A stretch of DNA of 64,000 nt from an uncultured delta proteobacterium (GTDB taxonomy: Bacteria > Myxococcota > Myxococcia > SLRQ01): NCBI GenBank assembly GCA_963727485.1, contig CAVSGM010000011.1, forward strand, positions 828,501 to 892,500, in the 5' to 3' direction. A program made the position numbers and the translations under genes. The notes beneath the pieces are model-generated. The model was given only the letters and a program-made list of their open reading frames with translations, did no database searches and was not told the origin of the DNA. Positions 11,622 to 19,496 of the stretch are shown one piece after another (positions within the stretch are counted from its first letter, which is position 1; each line of letters begins with the position of its first letter).

Positions 11622-12284
11622 ATGTCCGCGCCCACACTCCTGCTTCGAGTCCGCGAGCCCGCAGAGCTCCTCTGCCTGCGCCTGGCCGACCTGCCCTTCG
11701 GCGGGCTCTTCGTCCCCGGCGCCGCCGCCGCCGAGACCGAGGCCGGGGACCCGGTGGTCATCCGGGTCGAGGTCCCGGGTCACGAGGCGGTGAGCCTCCC
11801 CGGCGCGGTGGTCTTCCACCGGGCGGCCGGCGGCGACCGCCCCGACGGCGTGGGCGTGGGCCTCTTCTCCCACGCGGGCCACCGCCTCGAGGCCCTCGTC
11901 GAGGCCCTCGAGGGCTCGGTGACCGAGCTCGCCGCCCGCCGGGCCCACCGCCACCCCACGGTGCTCCCGGTGACCCTCACCGGCGCCGGGGACCGGGCCC
12001 TGAACCTCTCGCTCGGGGGCATGTTCGTCGCCACCGCAAGCGAGGTCGCCGTGGGCGCCGAGGTGCCCTTCGAGCTCCACCTCCCCGGCGAGGCGGCCCT
12101 CCCGCTCCACGGTGAGGTCACCTGGAAGGGCCACTGGGCCGGGCACCGGGGCGTGGGCGTGCGCTTCCTCTGGCGCGAGCCCGCGGCCCGCAGCCGCCTG
12201 GCCGCCTACCTCGACGCGGTGGCGCCCGAGGCGGTGTCCAGCGGATCGTCCTCGGTCTCGTCGGTCTCGCGCCGGGCCTTGTAG
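11622..12284 (+). CDS. PilZ domain protein (putative c-di-GMP receptor)
   Basis: The bipartite PilZ motif is present: RRAHRHP followed about 20 aa later by NLSLGGMFV (RxxxR ... D/NxSxxG). The 3' end overlaps the convergent SDR gene by 79 nt. Confidence 0.7.
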   Translation: MSAPTLLLRVREPAELLCLRLADLPFGGLFVPGAAAAETEAGDPVVIRVEVPGHEAVSLPGAVVFHRAAGGDRPDGVGVGLFSHAGHRLEALVEALEGSVTELAARRAHRHPTVLPVTLTGAGDRALNLSLGGMFVATASEVAVGAEVPFELHLPGEAALPLHGEVTWKGHWAGHRGVGVRFLWREPAARSRLAAYLDAVAPEAVSSGSSSVSSVSRRAL

Positions 12285-13483
12285 TAGGCCCGCACGTAGT
12301 CGGTGAGCCGGTCGAGGTAGCGCTCCAGCGGCGGGCACTGCACCCCGGTTCCGTCGAGGCGCTCCAGGGTGTTGTGGCTGTTGAAGATGACCAGCTGGTT
12401 CACGTAGGCCACCGCCTGGCGCTGCTGGCGGATGAGCCGCTCGATGCCCGGCAGCCGCATCAGCGCGTCGGTGAGCTTGTACGACAGCGTCACCCGGGGC
12501 AGGCGCTTGCCCGCGCGCTCGGCGATGAGCTCGTAGACCCGCCGGCTGCTCATGGGGTTGGGGTCGACGAGGTGGAAGGTACGCCCCTCGGCCTTCGGGT
12601 CGTCGCCGAGGGTGAGGATGGCGTCGACCACGAAGTCCACGGGCACCGCGTTGAGCGGCGCCGACCCGTCGCCGGGCAGCGGTAGGGGCACCGCGAGCGG
12701 CGAGGTGACCAGGAGGATGCCGAGGTAGTAGGGCCCCTCGAAGCGGTCGATCTCGCCGGTGCGCGAGTCGCCGACGACGATGCTCGGCCGGTAGACGCTG
12801 ATGGGCAGGCCGGCCATGGCGTCGCGGACCATCACCTCCGCCTCGTACTTCGTCTCCTCGTAGGCGTTTCTGAAGTGCTGGCCCATCTCCAGCTCGTCCT
12901 CGGCGATGACCCCGGTGCGGTCGCCGCAGACGTAGGCGCTCGACATGTAGTTGAGGCGCCGCAGCTTCTTCATCTCCCGGCACATCTCCAGGACCCGCCG
13001 GGTGCCGTCGACGTTCACCCGCCGGGCGTGCTCCTTGCGGACCCCGAGGTAGTAGATGGCCGCGAGGTGGAAGACGTCGGTGACCTCCTCGATGAGCCGG
13101 CCCCACTCCTCGCCGGAGAGGCCCAGGTCCATGTCGACGATGTCGCCGACCAGGACCTCGATGGGGGCCCGGCGCCCACGCCTCGCGATGGCGGCGACGT
13201 AGCCCTCGGCGTCCTTGGCGAACTTCTCCTGGACCAGGACGTAGATCTTCGCGTCGGGCTGCCGCTCGGCCAGCGCCTCGACCAGGCGCTTGCCGATGAA
13301 GCCCGGGTACCCGGTGACGAAGTGGACCCGGCCGGCGCCGGTGCCCTTGCCGCCCTTGGTGCGCGCCGGGGTGCGGCGGGTCGTCTGCTTGCGCGTGGCC
13401 TTCTTGGTCGCCTTGCCGGCCGACGCCCGCTTCGAGGTGCCGCCGGTCTTCCGCCGGGGCGTCTTCTTGCTAGTCGTCGGCAT
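12206..13483 (-). CDS. Extended SDR-family NAD(P)-dependent reductase (thioester-reductase / male-sterility type) with a Lys/Arg-rich N-terminal tail
   Basis: Motifs: VTGYPGFIGKRL (GxxGxxG) and YEETKYEAE (YxxxK). The first ~50 aa are KKTPRRKTGGTSKRASAGKATKKATRKQTTRRTPARTKGGKG. The start overlaps the coaE stop by 14 nt. Confidence 0.8.
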   Translation of the reverse strand: MPTTSKKTPRRKTGGTSKRASAGKATKKATRKQTTRRTPARTKGGKGTGAGRVHFVTGYPGFIGKRLVEALAERQPDAKIYVLVQEKFAKDAEGYVAAIARRGRRAPIEVLVGDIVDMDLGLSGEEWGRLIEEVTDVFHLAAIYYLGVRKEHARRVNVDGTRRVLEMCREMKKLRRLNYMSSAYVCGDRTGVIAEDELEMGQHFRNAYEETKYEAEVMVRDAMAGLPISVYRPSIVVGDSRTGEIDRFEGPYYLGILLVTSPLAVPLPLPGDGSAPLNAVPVDFVVDAILTLGDDPKAEGRTFHLVDPNPMSSRRVYELIAERAGKRLPRVTLSYKLTDALMRLPGIERLIRQQRQAVAYVNQLVIFNSHNTLERLDGTGVQCPPLERYLDRLTDYVRAYYKARRETDETEDDPLDTASGATASR

Positions 13484-14093
13484 CGGAGGTGAGCTCGCGC
13501 CAGATCGCGTCGACCTGCGATCGAGTCTCTTCCAGGGTCCCGTCGTTGTCCACCACGTAGTCGGCGACCTTCACCTTCTCCGCGAGCGGGAGCTGGGCGG
13601 CGAGGCGCCTGTGGGCCTCGTCCTCGGAGAGACCGTCGCGCTCGACCACCCGCTCGACCTGCGTCTTGGGGGCGCTGGCGACCACGATGAGGGCGTCGAG
13701 GCCCTCGTAGAGGCGGTTCTCCACGATGAGCGCCGCCTCGTAGACGACCACCGGCACCCCGGCCGCCCGGGCGGCCTCGGTCTCCCGAGCGGCGACGGCG
13801 CCGATGCGCGGGTGGGTGATGGCCTCGAGGTCCCGGCGGGCGGCGGGGTCGGCGAAGACCAGGGCGCCGAGGGCGGGGCGATCGAGGTTCCCGTCGAGGT
13901 CGAAGACCCCCTGGCCGAAGCGGGCGCGGATCGCCTCGAGGGCCTCGCTCCCCGGGGCCACCACCTCCCGGGCGATGCGGTCGGCGTCGACGATGCGGGC
14001 GCCGTGGGCCTCGAGCATCCGCGCCACGGTGCTCTTCCCGGAGCCGATGCCGCCCGTGAGGCCGACGACGAGGGTGCGCGCCACGCCGGTCAC
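13470..14093 (-). CDS. coaE: Dephospho-CoA kinase
   Basis: The P-loop is GLTGGIGSGKST, followed by DADRIAREVVAPGSEALEAI. Length is 207 aa. Confidence 0.88.
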   Translation of the reverse strand: MTGVARTLVVGLTGGIGSGKSTVARMLEAHGARIVDADRIAREVVAPGSEALEAIRARFGQGVFDLDGNLDRPALGALVFADPAARRDLEAITHPRIGAVAARETEAARAAGVPVVVYEAALIVENRLYEGLDALIVVASAPKTQVERVVERDGLSEDEAHRRLAAQLPLAEKVKVADYVVDNDGTLEETRSQVDAIWRELTSDADD

Positions 14094-14551
14094 CCGCGGC
14101 TGGCGCCGGGCACCGTGTAGATGAACGAGTAGACGGTCTTGGCGTCGCCGTTGAGGAAGACCACCAGCCCGCGCTTCCCGTACCAGTAGTAGGTGTGGAA
14201 GTCGTCGGTGAGGCGCTTGACGTAGTCCTTGCCGAAGGTGCTCTGGACCACGTCGACCGGGACCACGTTCTTGGGAAAGACGTGGATCTCCTGCACCACG
14301 CCCTTGTCGTTGAAGTAGAAGTTCGCCTGCTTGGTGCCCTTGATCGCCTGGGCGCCCTGGTAGGAGAACACCGCCCGGCCCTTGTCCTTGAGGCGCTTGG
14401 ACGGCGGCCCGAAGCGCTTGAGCACGGCCTTCTCGGTGGAGGTGCCCGGGGCGATGCCGTTCCAGGTCTCGGCGTGGGCCGCGGAGATCGGGACGGCCAG
14501 GACGAGGGCGGCGAGGAGCACGCGGGAGGCCATCCGGCGGGGTGACGGCAT
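14090..14551 (-). CDS. Secreted hypothetical protein
   Basis: The start is ATG 14551 (MPSPRRMASRVLLAALVLAVPISAAHA signal peptide). A canonical promoter lies 7 nt upstream. The stop overlaps the coaE start. No family was recognised. Confidence 0.6.
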   Translation of the reverse strand: MPSPRRMASRVLLAALVLAVPISAAHAETWNGIAPGTSTEKAVLKRFGPPSKRLKDKGRAVFSYQGAQAIKGTKQANFYFNDKGVVQEIHVFPKNVVPVDVVQSTFGKDYVKRLTDDFHTYYWYGKRGLVVFLNGDAKTVYSFIYTVPGASRG

Positions 14552-14558
14552 GGCTCGG

Positions 14559-14587
14559 GAAATAGCAAGAACCCCTTGTGGTGTCAA
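14559..14587 (-). promoter_or_regulatory. Near-consensus promoter TTGACA-N17-TATTTC, 7 nt upstream of ATG 14551 (leaderless arrangement)
   Basis: The plus strand has tgtcaa at 14582-14587 and gaaata at 14559-14564. There is no Shine-Dalgarno sequence between the -10 box and the start. Confidence 0.55.
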
Positions 14588-14607
14588 ACGGTTACCCCGA
14601 CTGCCGC

Positions 14608-14638
14608 TTGACCCGGGCCGGTCTTCGTGGGATAGCGC
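14608..14638 (+). promoter_or_regulatory. Promoter-like TTGACC-N18/19-(A)TAGCG(C) upstream of the tetraheme cytochrome gene
   Basis: TTGACC lies at 14608-14613 and gATAGCGc at 14631-14638. The ATG at 14649 follows about 11 nt later. Confidence 0.35.
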
Positions 14639-14648
14639 CGGGAGCGCC

Positions 14649-15167
14649 ATGACCCGGATTCGCCCCCCCGTCCTCCTCGCCGCCGCCGCCGTCCTCCTGG
14701 GGACCGGGATCGTCGGCGCCCACGCCTCCGCCGCGCCGCCAATCTCGGCGCCGCCGGTGGGGGCCGAGACCTGCGCCACCTGCCACCCCAAGGCCTACGC
14801 CACCTGGAAGCAGGGGCCCCACGCCCACGCGCTCTCGAGGCTCTCGGCCACCGAGCGCAAGGAGCGGCGCTGCCTCACCTGCCACGCCCCGGCCCAGGAC
14901 CAGGGCTTCGCCGGGGTGCAGTGCGAGGCCTGCCACGGCAACGGCCGGTACTACTTCCCCGACTACGTCATGCGAGATCCCCAGCTCCGCGGCCTGGTGG
15001 GCCTGAAGACCCCCGACGCCGCCACCTGCAAGCGCTGCCACGACGCCTCGTCCCCGAGCCTGGTGCCCTTCGACTACCAGCGCGACGTGGCGCGCATCCG
15101 CCACTGGGACGCCAAGGCCCCGGCCGCCGAAGACGCCGCGGCGAAGGCGGGCAGCGATGGCCACTAG
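14649..15167 (+). CDS. Tetraheme c-type cytochrome (cytochrome c554-like multiheme family)
   Basis: There is a signal peptide and four CxxCH motifs: CATCH, CLTCH, CEACH and CKRCH. The start is ATG 14649 inside the 14382 ORF. Confidence 0.8.
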   Translation: MTRIRPPVLLAAAAVLLGTGIVGAHASAAPPISAPPVGAETCATCHPKAYATWKQGPHAHALSRLSATERKERRCLTCHAPAQDQGFAGVQCEACHGNGRYYFPDYVMRDPQLRGLVGLKTPDAATCKRCHDASSPSLVPFDYQRDVARIRHWDAKAPAAEDAAAKAGSDGH

Positions 15168-16503
15168 GACCGCGGCCGCCCGGGTCCGGGGGCGCACCGA
15201 GGCCGAGGCTCCGGTCGCGCGCACCGCCGGCGAGCGCCTCCTCGCCGAGGTCTGGCACGCCTTCGCCGATCCGGCCCGCCTCGGGTGGTCCCTGCTCTTC
15301 ACCGCCGTGGGCTTCCTCGCCGTGGGGGTGCTCGCGCGCCCCGAGGTCCGCGCCGCCCTCGAGTCTGCGGCCCACGACGACCCCCTGGCCCACCGCCTCT
15401 ACGCCTTCCTGGCCCTGGACGCGCCGCTGGCGAGCTGGTGGCTCACGCTCCTGGTCTCGGTGTCGGCGCTGCTCTTCGTGGCCACAATCATCGAGCGCAG
15501 CGGCGACCTGGCCCTCCTCCTCCACCGGGGCCGGCGCACCGAGCCCCAGGCCTTCGCCGGCTCGCTCCTCGCCGCGGCCCGCCGCGCCGCCGGGGCCCTG
15601 GGCCCGGGGGCCTCCGTGGGCGTCGGCGAGGAGACCCTGGTCCTGACCCGCCCCGCCCGCCTGTTCCGGGTGGGCCTTGCCGTCCTCTGCGTCGCCGCCC
15701 TGGTCTCCGTGGGGGCCATGCTCTGGGAGCGCGACGACGGCGTCGCCGGCGAGGCCCTCATCGTCCCCGGGGAGACCACCGACCGGGTGCAGCTCCCCGG
15801 GCCCGGGGGCACCACCGTGGACCAGCCCCTGGGCTTCGCCCTCTCGCCCATCGAGTTCGGCCACGGGGGACCGGCGGTGAAGCTCGAGGTCCTCGGGGGC
15901 GGGCATCAGGGCGAGAACCTGACGATCACCCCGGAGCAGTCCGCCACCGTCGGGGGCACCCACCTCACCGCCCGGGCCACCCGCCCGGTGGCCGGGGGCG
16001 AGCGCTTCGGGATCACGGTGGTCGACAAGAAGACCGGCAAGACCCGCGCGGTCACCGCCGGGGTGAGCGACGCCTTCCCCGCCGACGCCGCCGACCCGAA
16101 CGGCGCGCCCCAGTTCGAGGTCATGGGCTGGTCCAAGGACTTCCGGGGCCTGGGGCCGGCGGTGCGCGTCCAGTCGGTGACCCCCGCCGGCCAGCGCGAC
16201 GCCTTCTGGGTCTTCCAGAACGACCCCGACTTCGACACCCGCAACCGGGCCCGGCGCTTCGGGCTGCGCCTCGACTCGGTGAGCCAGCAGCGCGACGTCA
16301 TCCTCGGCGTCACCCGCCACCCGGGCGAGCCGGTGGCCCTCGGCGCCGCGGGGCTGCTCCTGGTGGGCCTCGGCCTCTGCCTCGCCGGCGTGGGCGACAC
16401 CCGGGTGGTGCGCCTGGCCCGGGGCAAGGTGGTCGGGGCGCCGTCCGCCGACAAGGACGTGAAGTCGGCGGTGAAGTCGGCGCTCCGGGGCCCCAAGGCA
16501 TGA
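15157..16503 (+). CDS. ResB/Ccs1-like cytochrome c biogenesis protein
   Basis: The topology is N-terminal TM helices, a large soluble middle region and a C-terminal TM helix, as in ResB. The gene sits next to a multiheme cytochrome gene. Family recognition is by eye only. Confidence 0.55.
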   Translation: MATRTAAARVRGRTEAEAPVARTAGERLLAEVWHAFADPARLGWSLLFTAVGFLAVGVLARPEVRAALESAAHDDPLAHRLYAFLALDAPLASWWLTLLVSVSALLFVATIIERSGDLALLLHRGRRTEPQAFAGSLLAAARRAAGALGPGASVGVGEETLVLTRPARLFRVGLAVLCVAALVSVGAMLWERDDGVAGEALIVPGETTDRVQLPGPGGTTVDQPLGFALSPIEFGHGGPAVKLEVLGGGHQGENLTITPEQSATVGGTHLTARATRPVAGGERFGITVVDKKTGKTRAVTAGVSDAFPADAADPNGAPQFEVMGWSKDFRGLGPAVRVQSVTPAGQRDAFWVFQNDPDFDTRNRARRFGLRLDSVSQQRDVILGVTRHPGEPVALGAAGLLLVGLGLCLAGVGDTRVVRLARGKVVGAPSADKDVKSAVKSALRGPKA

Positions 16504-17129
16504 AGGTCCGCGAGGCAGGCTTCCTCAAGAGCGCCGAGGCGAAGGCCCACTGGCCCCCGGACGACCGCCCGGAGGTCGCCATCGGTGGCCGGTCCAACGT
16601 GGGGAAGTCGTCGCTGATCAACGCCCTCACCGGCCAGAAGGCCCTGGCGCGGGTGAGCTCGACCCCCGGGCGCACCCGGCTGCTCAACTTCATCGACGTG
16701 ACCCTGGGCATCCCCCCGGGGCAGCTCTTCGACCTCCGGGTCTGCGACCTGCCGGGCTACGGCTTCGCCAAGGCGTCCAAGACCGAGCGCCGGCGCTGGG
16801 GCCCGATGATCGAGAAGTACATCGAGGGGCGCGAGCGCCTGGCCCTGGTGATCCACATCGTCGACAGCCGCCACCCGCCCACCGTCCTCGACCAGCAGAT
16901 GGTCGCCTGGCTCGACGACCTCGGTCGCCGGGCCCTGGTGGTCGCCACCAAGATCGACAAGATCGGCAAGGGGCGCCGGGGCGGGGTGCTCCAGGGCCTG
17001 CGCCGGGATCTGGGGGTCGACGTGGTCGCCTTCTCCGCGGTCACCGGCGAGGGCAGGGACGCGGTGTGGGACCGGGTGGTCGAGGCCGGGCGCATCGAGG
17101 CCCGGCTCCGGTCGGGCGAGGGCACCTGA
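16500..17129 (+). CDS. engB: Ribosome biogenesis GTP-binding protein YihA/EngB
   Basis: Motifs: GRSNVGKSSLINAL (G1), DLPGYGF (G3) and TKIDK (G4). ATG 16500 overlaps the preceding stop (ATGA). Confidence 0.88.
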   Translation: MKVREAGFLKSAEAKAHWPPDDRPEVAIGGRSNVGKSSLINALTGQKALARVSSTPGRTRLLNFIDVTLGIPPGQLFDLRVCDLPGYGFAKASKTERRRWGPMIEKYIEGRERLALVIHIVDSRHPPTVLDQQMVAWLDDLGRRALVVATKIDKIGKGRRGGVLQGLRRDLGVDVVAFSAVTGEGRDAVWDRVVEAGRIEARLRSGEGT

Positions 17130-17202
17130 CGGGCTGCCGGCGGTCGGCCCGCCCGCCCCGCACCCCGTTGCGCCGGGGCCCGGGCTCTGCCACGCTCTGA
17201 CC

Positions 17203-17727
17203 GTGATGCGTCGAACGGTCCCCGTCCTCCTCGCCCTCGTCGTCCTCGGCGCCGGCTGCGGTTCGCTCACCCAGGTCACCGTGCCCCTGTCCTATCCCCT
17301 GAAGGTCGGGGGCAGCCTCCAGGGCGCCGGCGGCGGGAGCTTCCCCGGGACCGGGGCCACCGTGAGCCAGAGCCTGGGGAACCAGGGGGTGAGCAAGAGC
17401 CAGGTGAGCAAGGTGGACGTCACGTCCATCACCGTCACCCAGACCGCGCCCCAGTGCAGTCAGCTGGTGGGCTGCGACCTCTCGTTCATCGACACCCTCA
17501 CGGTGTCGGTGTCGGCGCCGGGGCAGCCCGAGGTGGTGGTCGGGACCCTCAAGGCCCCGGCGGCGGGGACCCGCAAGGCCAGCCTCACCCTCGCCGGCGT
17601 GGACCTCGCCCCCTACGTCACCGCCTCGAGCATGACCCTCACCGCGAGCCTCACCAACAAGCAGCAGCCGGCGCAGGAGGTCGACATGACCCTCGACGCC
17701 AGCCTGCTGGTGCACCTGAAGCTCTAG
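17203..17727 (+). CDS. Hypothetical lipoprotein
   Basis: The signal peptide carries a lipobox: VLLALVVLGAGC. The rest is predicted beta-rich. No family was recognised. Confidence 0.6.
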   Translation: MMRRTVPVLLALVVLGAGCGSLTQVTVPLSYPLKVGGSLQGAGGGSFPGTGATVSQSLGNQGVSKSQVSKVDVTSITVTQTAPQCSQLVGCDLSFIDTLTVSVSAPGQPEVVVGTLKAPAAGTRKASLTLAGVDLAPYVTASSMTLTASLTNKQQPAQEVDMTLDASLLVHLKL

Positions 17728-17740
17728 GCGGGGCGGCCGG

Positions 17741-18010
17741 TCAGGCCTGGGCCTGGGGCGGCGGCGGCGTCGCCGGGGTCTCGGCGTCGGTCTTCGAGGT
17801 CCGCTCGCGCAGGCGCCCGCGGAGGTTGCCGCGGATCTCCTTGCCGCTCTTCGGCGCGAAGAGCAGGCCGAGGCCGGCGCCCACCAGGAGCCCGGCGCCG
17901 AAGACGCCGAGGGCCGGGAGCACGTAGTCGGTGGCGGTGCGCCGGGTCTCGAGGCCGATGGCGTTCAGCAGGTCGTTCTTGTCGAGGTTGCTCACGTCGC
18001 GCAGGTTCAT
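17741..18010 (-). CDS. YtxH domain protein
   Basis: The sequence LPALGVFGAGLLVGAGLGLLFAPKSGKEIRGNLR matches the YtxH signature. AAGGAG lies 8 nt upstream of the ATG. Confidence 0.7.
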   Translation of the reverse strand: MNLRDVSNLDKNDLLNAIGLETRRTATDYVLPALGVFGAGLLVGAGLGLLFAPKSGKEIRGNLRGRLRERTSKTDAETPATPPPPQAQA

Positions 18011-18044
18011 CTGGAGACTCCTTTTCCAGTGCGTGGAAGGATGT

Positions 18045-18431
18045 TCAGACCGGGGGCGTGTCGCCGCCGGCGTCCGGGTCGGGCTCGGGCGTCCGCGCCG
18101 GTGGGTCGGGGGCGAGGACCTCCCGGAAGATCACGCTGGTGACGGCCCGGGCCCCGACGGCGAGGCCCGCGCGGACCAGCCAGGGGGGCACGCCGCCGCC
18201 GAGGACGTAGCCGGTGCCCGCGGCGGCCGCCAGGGTGCCGTAGGGGCTGCGCTCGAGGCGGTGGGCGAGGAAGCGCCGGGCCTCGGCGGCCAGGAGGCCC
18301 AGGTCGTCTGCGAGGCGGCCGGCGTCCTCGCCCAGGCGCGGGCCCCGGTCGCCGAGGGCGCGGGTGCCGTCGTGGTTGGGGTTCCCCGGGGCGTCGCCGG
18401 CGAAGGACGCGGTGCGTGTGGGATCGGGCAT
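18045..18431 (-). CDS. Hypothetical protein
   Basis: The start is ATG 18431, preceded by AAGGAG. Only the 3' part of the 18045..18719 ORF is used. The glycine-rich hydrophobic C-terminal half reads AAAGTGYVLGGGVPPWLVRAGLAVGA. Confidence 0.45.
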   Translation of the reverse strand: MPDPTRTASFAGDAPGNPNHDGTRALGDRGPRLGEDAGRLADDLGLLAAEARRFLAHRLERSPYGTLAAAAGTGYVLGGGVPPWLVRAGLAVGARAVTSVIFREVLAPDPPARTPEPDPDAGGDTPPV

Positions 18432-18445
18432 GATGGGCTCCTTGG

Positions 18446-18676
18446 TCAGCGCCGACGGAAGAGGCGGCCGACCAGGTACCCGGCGGCGACGGCGCCGGCG
18501 ACGGACATCACCGGGTGGTCCCGGACGAAGGTGCGGACGGTGACGTCGGCGTGGGCGAGGGTCTCCCGGAGCTCCGAGAGGCGGACCTGCAGCTCGTCGG
18601 CCGTCTCGTCGGGCGGGGGCGCGCCGCCGGGGATGCCGGTCTCGGGCTGGGCGGTGTCGTGCATGGGGTGCTCCAT
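18446..18676 (-). CDS. DUF883 (ElaB/YqjD/YgaM-like) tail-anchored protein
   Basis: A coiled N-terminal part is followed by the C-terminal anchor HPVMSVAGAVAAGYLVGRLFRRR, which is typical of the family. Confidence 0.65.
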   Translation of the reverse strand: MEHPMHDTAQPETGIPGGAPPPDETADELQVRLSELRETLAHADVTVRTFVRDHPVMSVAGAVAAGYLVGRLFRRR

Positions 18677-18691
18677 CGGTTCGTACGGCGT

Positions 18692-18901
18692 TCAGGGATC
18701 GGCGCGCCGGCCGAGCCACAGGCCCAGGAAGAGGCCGGTGGCGAGCCAGGGCAGGGGCTGGCGGCGGATCCGCTCGGCGAGCGACAGGCGCTCCCGGGCG
18801 GTGAGGCGCAGGTCGTCCATCGCCTGGAGGAAGTCGGCGCGCCGGCGCTCCAGGGCCACGACCCGGTCGTCAACCTGCGGCTTTTCGGACATCGGCTCCA
18901 T
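18692..18901 (-). CDS. Small hypothetical membrane protein (YqjK-like position)
   Basis: The start is ATG 18901 (MEPMSEK), with 18892 as an alternative. The single C-terminal TM helix reads LPWLATGLFLGLWLG. It overlaps the upstream gene by about 30 nt. Confidence 0.4.
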   Translation of the reverse strand: MEPMSEKPQVDDRVVALERRRADFLQAMDDLRLTARERLSLAERIRRQPLPWLATGLFLGLWLGRRADP

Positions 18902-19334
18902 GGGCGCGTTCCTCGGAGAGCGGCGGGGCGCCGGGGGGAATGGCCCCGGGCCCCGGGAGGCGGGTGAGGGCGGTCTCGGGGGGCGGCGGGGCCTGGAGTC
19001 GGCCGGGGGTCTTCCCGATGCGGGCGGAGGCCCCCCAGAGGAGGCCGGCACCGACCACGAAGTGGAAGCCGCCGACGACGGCCAGGGCCGCGCCGGTGGG
19101 CATCACCGCGGCCAGGCCCACGACCAGGGCCGCCATCAGGACCCCCCACCCGGTGAGGAGGAGGATCCCCCCGCCCATGGCGAGCCCCGATCCGGCGAGG
19201 GCGCGGGTCACGTCCCCGCGGACCTCGGTGCGCAGCAGCTCCAGCCGCTCCACCAGGAGCCGGTCCCCGGCGTCGAGGACCCGGGTCATCGCGGACCAGA
19301 GGGTCCGATCATCCTGGCCATTGCCACCTGACAT
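18870..19334 (-). CDS. Holin-X / YqjE-like (DUF1469, phage-holin-3-6 superfamily) membrane protein
   Basis: The start is ATG 19334. Two long hydrophobic helices are present: GLAMGGGILLLTGWGVLMAALVVGLAAV and AALAVVGGFHFVVGAGLLW. A leaderless-type promoter lies 7 nt upstream. Confidence 0.6.
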   Translation of the reverse strand: MSGGNGQDDRTLWSAMTRVLDAGDRLLVERLELLRTEVRGDVTRALAGSGLAMGGGILLLTGWGVLMAALVVGLAAVMPTGAALAVVGGFHFVVGAGLLWGASARIGKTPGRLQAPPPPETALTRLPGPGAIPPGAPPLSEERAHGADVRKAAG

Positions 19335-19341
19335 CGATTTC

Positions 19342-19370
19342 AAGCTAGGAAGACGGCCCGAGGGGCGCAA
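19342..19370 (-). promoter_or_regulatory. Promoter TTGCGC-N17-TAGCTT, 7 nt upstream of ATG 19334 (leaderless arrangement)
   Basis: The plus strand has gcgcaa at 19365-19370 and aagcta at 19342-19347. Confidence 0.5.
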
Positions 19371-19496
19371 CGGCCCTGCGTTGCCCCGTCCGGGTCCGTG
19401 TGCCACCCTATGGGCCAGGGGTCCGGAGAAATCCCGGGGCGGTCTCGTGCGTAGGCATCAGGGCGTCGCCGGGCGGTCCCGGCCAAGGAGGTACCC

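Noticed and set aside
18870-19334. Holin-superfamily protein as evidence of a prophage lysis cassette
   Set aside because: There is no endolysin, spanin, terminase or other phage gene nearby. The neighbours are DUF883 and YtxH stress-type proteins, which matches the chromosomal yqjD-yqjE type cluster.
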